In this document: one piece after another, positions 20,141-28,544 of the stretch
Numbering within the stretch: the first letter of the stretch is position 1
Layout of the letters: every line of letters starts with the position of its first letter
Assembly (NCBI GenBank): GCA_022571215.1
Contig: JACZYG010000015.1
Location: 63-64,062, forward strand
DNA from: Fidelibacterota bacterium
GTDB taxonomy: Bacteria; Fidelibacterota; SORT01
Direction of reading: 5' to 3'
Length of the DNA stretch: 64,000 bases
The notes under the pieces: generated by a model
Database searches by the model: none
Told to the model about the DNA's origin: nothing
The model's input: the letters and a program-made list of their open reading frames with translations, nothing else
Made by a program: the position numbers and the translations under genes

Positions 20141-21928
20141 TTGAAAAGAAGACTCACTATTTATTCAGCGCTACTTGCGCTTTTAACACTCTCATGTTCT
20201 GCTGAGGTCATAACGGATGACGCAACACAGGAGAATCCCGCTGTCGCCGAGCTTCACCGACTCTTTGATGACGATTGGGAACTGACACTGATAGAGAATC
20301 CTATCTTTGCGACTATGCTCGGAGACAAGCGTTACAGTGATAGGCTATCAGTTGTTTCTGTCGCTCACAGCGAAGAGCTCAATCAGATAAACAAAGAGTT
20401 TCTTGCGCGTTTGGAAGCGATAGACCGCTCCGCCCTCCCTAAGAACGAAAAGCTGAACTACGACATCTATAAGCTGCTGACCGAAGACGCGGTTGAGAGC
20501 GCTGAATTCAAATCCTACCTCCGACCGATAACGAATAGAGGCGGATTTCATATTTCTTTTCCGGAACTGCCTAACAGGATTCCCCTGAACAATGTAGAGG
20601 ATTACTCGAACTATATCGCTCGTCTGAATGCGTTCAAGGAATATACCGAATCACATATCGCGGTGATGCGTGTCGGAATGGAAGGCGGATACGTCCTTCC
20701 CAAGATAGTTCTTGAGGGCGCCGAGGAGACCATCGAACCGCACATAGTCACCGACGCAACCGAGTCCCTTCTTTACAAACCATTTGAAAAATATCCGAAA
20801 GGAATAGATGAATCCGATCAAGCGCGGTTGACCGGAGCGGGTGTGGACGCTATCATGAACTCGGTCGTTCCCGGTTATAAATTGTTCCTCGATTTCATGG
20901 AGAACGAATATCTGCCCGCATCAAGCGATGAGATCGCCGCTTCCTCCCTGCCGAACGGAAAAGCGTATTACGAATATCGCGTCCGCTCCTTCACCACTTT
21001 AGACGTGACACCGCAGGAGGTTCACGACAGAGGACTGTCGGAGGTCGCGCGTATCCGAGCCGAGATGGACGAGGTTATCAAAGAATCAGGGTTTGAGGGA
21101 GATTTCAAAGCGTTCGTTGAATTCCTCCGCACCGATGACCAATTCTACGTTGACTCGCCCGAACAACTTATGAAGGAAGTCGCCGTCGTTCTTAAAAAAA
21201 TGGACGGGCAACTGCCGAGCCTCTTCGGGAAGCTGCCGAGGATGCCTTACGGAATAAAAAAAGTGCCGGATTTCATCGCGCCGAAAACAACAACCGCATA
21301 TTATAATCGTCCCTCAGGCGACGGCACGAAGGCGGGCTTCTATTTCGTGAATACGTACGATCTGCGTAGCCGACCGACTTACGAAATTCAGGCTCTCTCT
21401 CTGCACGAGGCTGTACCCGGACATCATCTCCAGATAGCGATTCAACAGGAACTTGAGAACCTGCCGACTTTCCGGCTCTACAGCGGTTTTACGGCTTTCA
21501 CAGAAGGTTGGGCGCTCTACGCCGAACGGCTTGGTCTTGAGGTCGGCTTCTACGAGGACCCTTACTCCGATTTCGGTCGACTGACCTACGAGATGTGGCG
21601 GGCGCTCCGTCTCGTCGTTGATACAGGGATGCACTACTTCGGCTGGTCACGACAGCAAGCCATCGACTATATGGCGGAAAACTCCGCCCTGACTCTACAT
21701 AACATCACCACGGAAGTCGACAGGTACATCTCCTGGCCCGGACAGGCGCTTGCCTACAAAACAGGCGAACTGAAAATCCGCGAACTGCGCGCCCGCGCCG
21801 AAGACAAACTTGGCAAATCTTTCGATGTCCGCGCCTTCCACGATGTCGTCCTCGGAAGCGGCTCCGTCCCACTCATGGTCCTTGAAGCCAATGTGGATGA
21901 ATGGATTGCGAGTGAGATGGGGAGGTAG
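20141..21928 (+). CDS. DUF885-family lipoprotein (putative metallopeptidase-like)
   Basis: Signal peptide plus Cys; conserved DUF885 motif LHEAVPGHHLQ; 595 aa. Confidence 0.75.
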   Translation: MKRRLTIYSALLALLTLSCSAEVITDDATQENPAVAELHRLFDDDWELTLIENPIFATMLGDKRYSDRLSVVSVAHSEELNQINKEFLARLEAIDRSALPKNEKLNYDIYKLLTEDAVESAEFKSYLRPITNRGGFHISFPELPNRIPLNNVEDYSNYIARLNAFKEYTESHIAVMRVGMEGGYVLPKIVLEGAEETIEPHIVTDATESLLYKPFEKYPKGIDESDQARLTGAGVDAIMNSVVPGYKLFLDFMENEYLPASSDEIAASSLPNGKAYYEYRVRSFTTLDVTPQEVHDRGLSEVARIRAEMDEVIKESGFEGDFKAFVEFLRTDDQFYVDSPEQLMKEVAVVLKKMDGQLPSLFGKLPRMPYGIKKVPDFIAPKTTTAYYNRPSGDGTKAGFYFVNTYDLRSRPTYEIQALSLHEAVPGHHLQIAIQQELENLPTFRLYSGFTAFTEGWALYAERLGLEVGFYEDPYSDFGRLTYEMWRALRLVVDTGMHYFGWSRQQAIDYMAENSALTLHNITTEVDRYISWPGQALAYKTGELKIRELRARAEDKLGKSFDVRAFHDVVLGSGSVPLMVLEANVDEWIASEMGR

Positions 21929-22124
21929 GAACAAGTGGGTAATAAATCTTCAGTGGCAGTCAGGACTTGTGAAGTCTCGCCATTGTGGTGGTCCTGACGC
22001 TGTTTGGCATTTTATTGCGGTCAGGATGAATCCTGACTCGCACACGGGAGGGGAATCTAAGGAAAATATTTTTGAAACGTAGGCCGCCTTTTTTAAATGA
22101 GAGTTCCAGGATATTTTCTATTAT

Positions 22125-22192
22125 GAGCACACCCCGTCCTTCGGACACCCCTCTTTTTAGAGGGGAACTTTAATCCCATCTTCGATGGGATA
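22125..22192. repeat. conserved double-hairpin element (hairpin B plus aatcccatcttcgatgggata)
   Basis: gaggggaactttaatcccatcttcgatgggata is 33/33 identical to 48474-48506. Confidence 0.7.
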
Positions 22193-22250
22193 CACGCTGC
22201 TGGGATGAGATGTCAGGCGAGGGGTGTAATCGTTCGGTAACGATAATTTT

Positions 22251-22303
22251 GGAGTGCATTTACTGCGTCAATGCAACATCAACACAGTTGATGTACTCCA
22301 TAT
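22251..22303. repeat. 53-bp nested-palindrome element (ggagtgcat...catcaacNNagttgatg...atgcactcc), copy 1
   Basis: Four copies in the window (22251, 33231, 41904, 50442) at roughly 85-90% identity; each has outer and inner inverted repeats. Confidence 0.8.
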
Positions 22304-22387
22304 ATCACACACTCCATTTTGCCCCGGTGGCAATGCCACACTCAAGGGATGAGGCTTTCCCTGACCCGCACCTTACCGTCTTTCCGA

Positions 22388-22485
22388 ACCTCGATTTATT
22401 GAGGTGAAGGAATCTCAGAACTATCCTCAATCGCAATTATGAGATTGCCGCGTCGCTATGCTCCTCGCAATGACAATCGCAAGCG
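22388..22485. repeat. MITE-like element (ccttgatttat...gaatctcag / gagattgcc ... ctcctcgcaatgac)
   Basis: Related to the copy at 33112-33190 and to the GTCATTGCGAG family termini. Confidence 0.55.
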
Positions 22486-22522
22486 GTCGCAGTACCTATT
22501 CTAACTCGCGCATTGTTAACTA

Positions 22523-23272
22523 TCATCCCTCCCGCGGTTCCCGCCTTTTTAGCATGAGGTAGAGATAGTAAACGGCGAGGGCGGAAAGAATGTGTTTCAG
22601 CGTGTGACCGCTTAGTAGACCATAGTTGACAGAATAGAGCTCCCGGTCGCTTAATTCGGTGAATTTGGAGAGCATGAATAATCCGAACGCGTAAAGCAGA
22701 TAGCGACCGAGCGTGTACCGTCCCTTATACATAAGGAGAACCGCCGTGATGGCAAGGAATGTGACAGATTGCAAATAGATATAAATTCTCAGGTCGTCCG
22801 TGTAGCGCCAATACAAAACGCTGAGCATTCCGATAACCACTGCCGGAACGAGCAAAAACTTTTCGATTTTAGGGTTCACGAACTCTGTCAGCACGGCGCT
22901 GAATAGCCCCATAAATCCTATCATCATAGGCAATCTGTCCCAGACGAGAGCGGCATCGTTAGGGTTCCAATGGTAATATCCGGAACCGAACGAAACGATA
23001 GTGACGCCAGCGAACATCGTTGTCCATGAGTAGCGCGCCTCACTACTGAGATGTGTGATAGCGAAAACGGAACCAATCATTCCGACTATGAAGAATAGAA
23101 GATTCGAGCTGACGTCGAAGAAATTAGGGATGCCGAAGAACGTTCTGTTATCCGCGAAATTGTGATATGGCTGATACTGCTCGATCTCACCGATGAGCAT
23201 CACCGCAATAAGTAAAACGGCGAAGAGCGATAGGAGTATGATGATCTTCTTATGTTCGTCAAGTTCTTTCAA
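22523..23272 (-). CDS. alkaline-ceramidase-like polytopic membrane protein
   Basis: About 7 TM segments; N-terminal motif YHNFADNRTFFGIPNFFDVSSNL resembles bacterial ceramidase-family (PF05875-like) proteins. Confidence 0.45.
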   Translation of the reverse strand: MKELDEHKKIIILLSLFAVLLIAVMLIGEIEQYQPYHNFADNRTFFGIPNFFDVSSNLLFFIVGMIGSVFAITHLSSEARYSWTTMFAGVTIVSFGSGYYHWNPNDAALVWDRLPMMIGFMGLFSAVLTEFVNPKIEKFLLVPAVVIGMLSVLYWRYTDDLRIYIYLQSVTFLAITAVLLMYKGRYTLGRYLLYAFGLFMLSKFTELSDRELYSVNYGLLSGHTLKHILSALAVYYLYLMLKRREPREG

Positions 23273-23310
23273 CTTTTATCAACCCCTAACCCCCACATAC
23301 CATTAATTAC

Positions 23311-23441
23311 CGTCTTTGCGAGACCTGATTTATCAGGGCGAAGCAATCTCAGATTTTGGGGTAGCAGGAAAGAGATGAGATTGCTTTGTCATCCGTCAAC
23401 TGACGGACGAGGGGTGTCATAGCTCGATGACAATAATTCTG
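23311..23441. repeat. MITE-like element, GTCTTTGCGAG family
   Basis: cgtctttgcgagacctgatttatcagggcgaagcaatctcag is about 90% identical to 36576-36618; internal gcaatctca/tgagattgc inverted repeat. Confidence 0.65.
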
Positions 23442-23570
23442 GAAAGAACATCAAAATCACACATCCGTCACTCTGTGCCTCCTCCCTCGAGGGAGGAGGT
23501 TTACACACCCCGCCCGCCAGCCAGACATCGGTCTGGTTGATAGAGGGAAACATTAATCCCCGTTTGTGAA

Positions 23571-25295
23571 TTAAAACAAATTTCCTTCATCGCCCAACAT
23601 CGCCTTACGGATGAGAGGTATCGGAGGTCCACCGAACGACAGGAATTTATCGTGAAATTCCTTCCACGTTCCATTCGTCCCCTTTGCCGCCATCCAATCT
23701 TCACGAAGTTTCCTTATCATCAGTTTGCCCATCGTATAATTCAAATACGGCGGATCGTAAGTACCCCGCGCCGATTGCTGTTCGGCGTTTCCATGATCCT
23801 GATATGCCATTTCTCTGAACATCGTATAAGATTCTTCAACCGTCATCCCTTCAGTGTGCATTCCGATAGAAGAAATTAATCGAACGTTTCGGAGCAGCGC
23901 GTTTTGCAATTGACCGATATGAATTTCCGGATCTCCATCGCTAAATCCCGCTTCCCACATCATCTCCTCGGTGTAGTGCGCCCATCCTTCAGCAAACGCA
24001 TAGCCCACAAAAACCTGACCGAACCTGGATTTTGAGCGATTTGAATGGAGGAACTGCAAAAAATGACCGGGCCATATTTCATGTACGGACACAAATAGCA
24101 GATCGGCGTTTCCGGGAAGGTAATCGTTTTTCTCCTCTTCCGACCATGATTCGTCAGGCGGCGCTATGTAATAGGTGGAGGGTAATCCTTCCTCATATGG
24201 TCCTGGAATATTTATGTAGGCGAAATTCCACGAGGCGTAAGACGGCGCTTCGTCCACTAACGCTATTTCAGTGCCGGGTATTGAAATCAATTCGTTCTCT
24301 ATCAAAAATGTTCTGAGACCCTCTAGCTGTTCTCTCGCTCCTTCGACAGGCCCACCCTTATTTTTGACCGACCGCATTTTGGCGATGCAATCGTATATAG
24401 TAACATCAGGGGCGTATTCATCGCATGCTTCTTGAAGGGCATCGAGATTTCGCCGAAGGTCAGCCTCTCCGACTATTTTCAATTCGGCGAGAGACACGTC
24501 TACCCTTTCGGTCGCCCACAACATCTCTTGATACAGCTCCGCTCCAAGCGCGAAATCCTCAGTCGCATCAGGCAGTTGAGCGACTACCCAATCGTCCAAT
24601 TTTGTCATCGCTGTAATGGCAAGTCCGTTTGCCGCCTTGAATTCCGACTGCAAAACCGGGTCACTGACTTCAGCGAAAACCGTCGGAACATCATCTCGAT
24701 AATATTTCGCTAAGCCGCCAAAAGCTGTGTGCGCAAGATTGGCGAACGTTCTCGGCATCGGTGTTTTGAGATTTGCCATTGCCTGCTCAACCGCTTTGGG
24801 AAGGGCATTCGCGTATTTTGTATATGCTTTCATGCGAACCTCAAGAGGCGCGTATTCACGTGAGATATATACATCCGGATCAAATTGCCAGTAATAGTAA
24901 AGTGGATTATTGTACGGCAGCCGCGCTCTATCCAACTGAAAAAGTTCCTTGTCTATAATACTCACAAGATATTCACGCTCAAAACGCTGCTCTTCGCTTA
25001 GATTGGAAGATTCAAATGCCATAGCGGTATGACGCTGAGAACGCAGCATCGCAATGTTAGCGTTTAAAGACTCGGGACTCCAATCGGGTAAAATCCCGTC
25101 AAATTCATGGCGTCCGGCGCTGACTCCGAATGTCGGATTAGCAACGAAATAACTCTCCATGAAATCGGCTACGAATGAATCCCATTCGGTCGAGGTCAGT
25201 GGTTCAGTCTTCATTGTTTCTTTCTGACACCCAAGACTCAAAAGCGCGCCGGCAAGCAATATGCCGATAAGAAAATTTTGTTTCATCCATTTCAT
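23571..25295 (-). CDS. DUF885-family lipoprotein (paralog)
   Basis: Signal peptide plus lipobox (SLGC); DUF885 motif VHEIWPGHFLQ; 574 aa. Confidence 0.75.
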   Translation of the reverse strand: MKWMKQNFLIGILLAGALLSLGCQKETMKTEPLTSTEWDSFVADFMESYFVANPTFGVSAGRHEFDGILPDWSPESLNANIAMLRSQRHTAMAFESSNLSEEQRFEREYLVSIIDKELFQLDRARLPYNNPLYYYWQFDPDVYISREYAPLEVRMKAYTKYANALPKAVEQAMANLKTPMPRTFANLAHTAFGGLAKYYRDDVPTVFAEVSDPVLQSEFKAANGLAITAMTKLDDWVVAQLPDATEDFALGAELYQEMLWATERVDVSLAELKIVGEADLRRNLDALQEACDEYAPDVTIYDCIAKMRSVKNKGGPVEGAREQLEGLRTFLIENELISIPGTEIALVDEAPSYASWNFAYINIPGPYEEGLPSTYYIAPPDESWSEEEKNDYLPGNADLLFVSVHEIWPGHFLQFLHSNRSKSRFGQVFVGYAFAEGWAHYTEEMMWEAGFSDGDPEIHIGQLQNALLRNVRLISSIGMHTEGMTVEESYTMFREMAYQDHGNAEQQSARGTYDPPYLNYTMGKLMIRKLREDWMAAKGTNGTWKEFHDKFLSFGGPPIPLIRKAMLGDEGNLF

Positions 25296-25385
25296 CCTTT
25301 TTTTAACTATTTAATATTTGGTAACTCAGTACAGATAAAGCGGGGCGAACATTCCGCATCGCTCTCATCCTGCCTAAACAATTTG

Positions 25386-25456
25386 CTGGGGAACAGGGAT
25401 TCGAACCCCGACCTACGATTCCAGAGACCGCTGTCCTGCCATTAGACTATTCCCCA
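25386..25456 (-). tRNA. tRNA-Gln (anticodon CUG)
   Basis: Folds as a cloverleaf by hand: acceptor UGGGGAA/UUCCCCA with U1-A72 and discriminator G as in bacterial tRNA-Gln; D-stem GUCU/GGAC; anticodon stem GCGGU/AUCGU with loop CUCUGGA; T-arm CGGGG-UUCGAAU-CCCUG. Confidence 0.8.
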
Positions 25457-25510
25457 ATGTCCAAATAAAATTATATTCTCACCCCGTCAGAGTCAAGTTG
25501 ATTTGATATT

Positions 25511-25575
25511 AATCCCCTCTTGAGAGGGGTGGATTCGAGACTCTTTTGAGTCGAGAAGACGGGGGGTGTCAGGAG
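25511..25575. repeat. partial module-B element (hairpin plus right arm) flanking the DUF559 gene
   Basis: atcccctcttgagaggggtg is the exact reverse complement of 25973-25992 on the other side of the gene. Confidence 0.65.
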
Positions 25576-25943
25576 TTCTCAATATTTTTTATCATCCAAT
25601 CGTTTATGACTTCCACAACCGCATTTAAATTCTTTCTTACATCAGAATCCTGAAAGCGCAAAACGGTCAAAGGAATTGATTCCAAAATCTTTTGCCTTTT
25701 CATGTCCTGCTCCTGTTTATATGCATGAGTAATGCCATCAATCTCGATAACTAACCTTAAATCGGGAGAAAAGAAATCAACTATAAAGTTACCAATAGGC
25801 TTCTGCCTATGGAAATCTATTCCCATCAACTTTTTCCCTTTTAATTCATTCCAAAGCAATACCTCAGATAACGTGGAATTTTTTCTCAGCATTCGTGCTA
25901 CACGTTTTAACTTGGGATTATATTTGAGATCAATTTTTACCAT
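25569..25943 (-). CDS. DUF559 (Vsr-like endonuclease fold) domain protein
   Basis: RMLRKNSTLSEVLLWNELKGKKLMGIDFHRQKPIGNFIVDFFSPDLRLVIEIDG is the typical DUF559 core; start placed at the internal Met (MVKIDL) because the 5 upstream codons overlap a repeat module. Confidence 0.65.
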   Translation of the reverse strand: MVKIDLKYNPKLKRVARMLRKNSTLSEVLLWNELKGKKLMGIDFHRQKPIGNFIVDFFSPDLRLVIEIDGITHAYKQEQDMKRQKILESIPLTVLRFQDSDVRKNLNAVVEVINDWMIKNIENS

Positions 25944-25947
25944 GATA

Positions 25948-26018
25948 TAGTTACACACCCCGCCCTTCGGGCACCCCTCTCAAGAGGGGATCTTTTATCC
26001 CATCCTTGATGTGATATA
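25948..26018. repeat. module-B element (left arm plus hairpin plus atcccatccttgatgtgatat hairpin)
   Basis: cacaccccgcccttcgggcacccctct is identical to the 19924 copy. Confidence 0.65.
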
Positions 26019-26031
26019 TAATTCTAAAGAA

Positions 26032-27522
26032 TCAATTTCCCCGTGAATAGTTGGATAGAATAACGCCGATACGATTCTGAAGTTCGTTCGCCATACTTGT
26101 CGGGACAGCATAATTATTCACGATGAAACTGAAAATAATGTCCTCACCGTCTGCCGTCGTGATATAGCCCGACAGCGACCTGACATAACTGACGTACCCC
26201 GTCTTCGCTCTCATATTCCGTTGAGCATTGGTTCCCCGCATGCGACGACCGATACTTCCGTCAACTCCCGCTATCGGTAGAGAATCATAATAACTGTCAA
26301 AATACTTATGCCCTCTCATGTAACGCAGAAGTGTCGCTACCTGTCGGGTGCTCACAAGGTTCATCCTCGACAGTCCCGAACCGTCCACTATCTTGATACC
26401 GTTTGCATCGATACCGATTCCGCTCAAAAGGGACTTAACAGATTTAATTCCTGCACTCGCGCTCCCCTCATGATTGTATTCCCTGCCGATTGTTTTGAGC
26501 AGTTGCTCCGCGTAAAAATTCTGGCTCGATTTATTCACAGTCCGAATCATCCTGCTCATCGGCGGTGACGTATAAACCGCTACAGTTTGTAATTTATCAT
26601 AATTCGGCTTACGCTTCAGATCGTCACCGTCCTTCGCTTTTCCACCCACAGATATTCCCGCCGACTCAAAGGTTTCTTTGACAACCGTCGCCGTATAAAG
26701 AGTCGGATTTCTGACCGATATCCAATCCGTTTTCGCTTTTTTATTGATCGGAAATTTTCCCCAAAACGTAAACAGATTGCCGGCTGCCGATCTGCTGAAA
26801 TCATAATAAAGAGTAGAATCAGGCAGTGTCGTTTTAATATTATTTTTTATGGTGACGTATTTTGTCGGCGGATCGAGTTCGATAACAGCCTTATCCCCCA
26901 CATTTTCGCCCGGTTTGATACGTACTTTTACGGTATTATCATTGAACGATAGACCGCTAATGCGAGCGGAATAGTAATACGGCTCATCGTCCCAACTCCA
27001 ACCGTACCCCATAGCGACATCGTCGAAATAGTCGTCATCCCCGATGACATCTCCCGTGATTTTTCTGATGCCCATCGCTTTTAGGGAGTCAGCCCACTCC
27101 TGAAAAGTTCCTGTAATATTATTGCCGTTATACCTGCCCGAAATGGTCGGATCACCCGAACCGCGAACGATAAGATTACCGTTAAGAGTTCCATTCGAGA
27201 CGGTTCCGTCATAGTACAATCTGGTTTTATACGTGAAGTTCGGACCGAACCGAACCAACGCCGTTGCCGTGGTAAAGAGCTTTATATTGGATGCCGGAAT
27301 CAGCAGTTTATCCTCGTTATGTCTGTAAAGCACCTCCCTCGTATCAGGAGCTTCGATATAAACTCCCCAACTCGCCGAAGCGAAAGCGGGATCCGCGATG
27401 AGGTGGTCAACTTCCGCTTTGAGCCTCTCTAACGGAGTATCGTTTCCGACTTTGCCCGCCGCGCAGCCAAAAGAGATAGTTAGTAAGAATAACATTATAA
27501 TAGGCATAAACTTGTTCATCAA
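26032..27522 (-). CDS. dacB: D-alanyl-D-alanine carboxypeptidase/endopeptidase (PBP4, peptidase S13)
   Basis: Signal peptide; SxxK (PASNIKL), SxN-like and KTG (AKTGYV) motifs; 496 aa, typical of PBP4. Confidence 0.8.
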   Translation of the reverse strand: MMNKFMPIIMLFLLTISFGCAAGKVGNDTPLERLKAEVDHLIADPAFASASWGVYIEAPDTREVLYRHNEDKLLIPASNIKLFTTATALVRFGPNFTYKTRLYYDGTVSNGTLNGNLIVRGSGDPTISGRYNGNNITGTFQEWADSLKAMGIRKITGDVIGDDDYFDDVAMGYGWSWDDEPYYYSARISGLSFNDNTVKVRIKPGENVGDKAVIELDPPTKYVTIKNNIKTTLPDSTLYYDFSRSAAGNLFTFWGKFPINKKAKTDWISVRNPTLYTATVVKETFESAGISVGGKAKDGDDLKRKPNYDKLQTVAVYTSPPMSRMIRTVNKSSQNFYAEQLLKTIGREYNHEGSASAGIKSVKSLLSGIGIDANGIKIVDGSGLSRMNLVSTRQVATLLRYMRGHKYFDSYYDSLPIAGVDGSIGRRMRGTNAQRNMRAKTGYVSYVRSLSGYITTADGEDIIFSFIVNNYAVPTSMANELQNRIGVILSNYSRGN

Positions 27523-28544
27523 TCAACTCCGATAGGTTCGACTCCGATGCCCGGTTTGTCGGGGAGGAGCAGTTTTCCGTCTTTAATATCAATTCCTCTA
27601 AACGGGTCGTTAGAAAGAAGCAGGTTTCCATCGAGGTCCGCCCAATCAGCAAGCGGCGACAGATGCGCAGCCGCTCCGATAGCGATAGAACTCTCGCACA
27701 TGCAGCCGAGCATTATCTTTAATCCGTAAGAGCGCGCGGTGTGAATCATTTTCAACGCTTCAGTAGGACCTCCGCACTTCATCAACTTAATATTCAGAGC
27801 GTCAAACGCATAAGCTATCTTCGGAATGTCCTCTTTGACAATGCTATTCTCATCAGCGACTATGGGCAGAGGCGAACGTTCCTTCAGCCAGGCGGTGTCA
27901 TCCAATTTATCAGCGGGAAGCGGCTGTTCGATAAATTCAACGTTTTGTCCCGCGAGCCATTCTATCTTCTCAAGCGCTTCCTCTTTGCTCCAACCCTCAT
28001 TCGCATCAACCCGGATCGGCTTGTCGGTCAGCTCACGTATAGCCAGTATTATCTCTTTGTCGTTATCAAGACCTTGTTTTACCTTTAAAATCGGATAGAT
28101 TTCAGCCTCTTTTACCTTCTGTTTGATAACATCGATCTCGTCAATGCCTATGGTGAATGTAGAAACAAGCGATTTCATCGGGTCCAAACCCCATAAACGA
28201 TATAACGGCTGCCCCAAAAGTTTCCCCTGCAAATCCCAATACGCGATGTTTATGGCGGCGATAGCCGATGGAGTCATAAGTGGATTCGTTCGGCAAGCTG
28301 AGTCAATATCTTCCAGTTTGAACGGGTCGCTAAACGGTTCTGAGTCAAAATCGATGCTTGCGAGAGCCGCGTTCACCTTTCCGGCATCTTCGTCATACCT
28401 CAAGGTCGGAACCGCTTCACCATAGGCGGTTACACCGTTATATTCAAGTGTCAGTATAATAGAATCGTAGTGTGTCCGAGTGCTTCTAGCTATGGTAAAC
28501 GGGTGTATCAGGTTCAGTCTGACGTCTTTCCACTCCGCTTTCAA
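27519..28544 (-). CDS. enolase-superfamily dipeptide epimerase / N-acyl-amino-acid racemase-like (DgcA/YcjG-like)
   Basis: MR/MLE-type motifs KVKQG...IRVDANEGW...EQPL...; 341 aa; 4-nt overlaps with both neighbouring genes. Confidence 0.75.
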   Translation of the reverse strand: MKAEWKDVRLNLIHPFTIARSTRTHYDSIILTLEYNGVTAYGEAVPTLRYDEDAGKVNAALASIDFDSEPFSDPFKLEDIDSACRTNPLMTPSAIAAINIAYWDLQGKLLGQPLYRLWGLDPMKSLVSTFTIGIDEIDVIKQKVKEAEIYPILKVKQGLDNDKEIILAIRELTDKPIRVDANEGWSKEEALEKIEWLAGQNVEFIEQPLPADKLDDTAWLKERSPLPIVADENSIVKEDIPKIAYAFDALNIKLMKCGGPTEALKMIHTARSYGLKIMLGCMCESSIAIGAAAHLSPLADWADLDGNLLLSNDPFRGIDIKDGKLLLPDKPGIGVEPIGVD

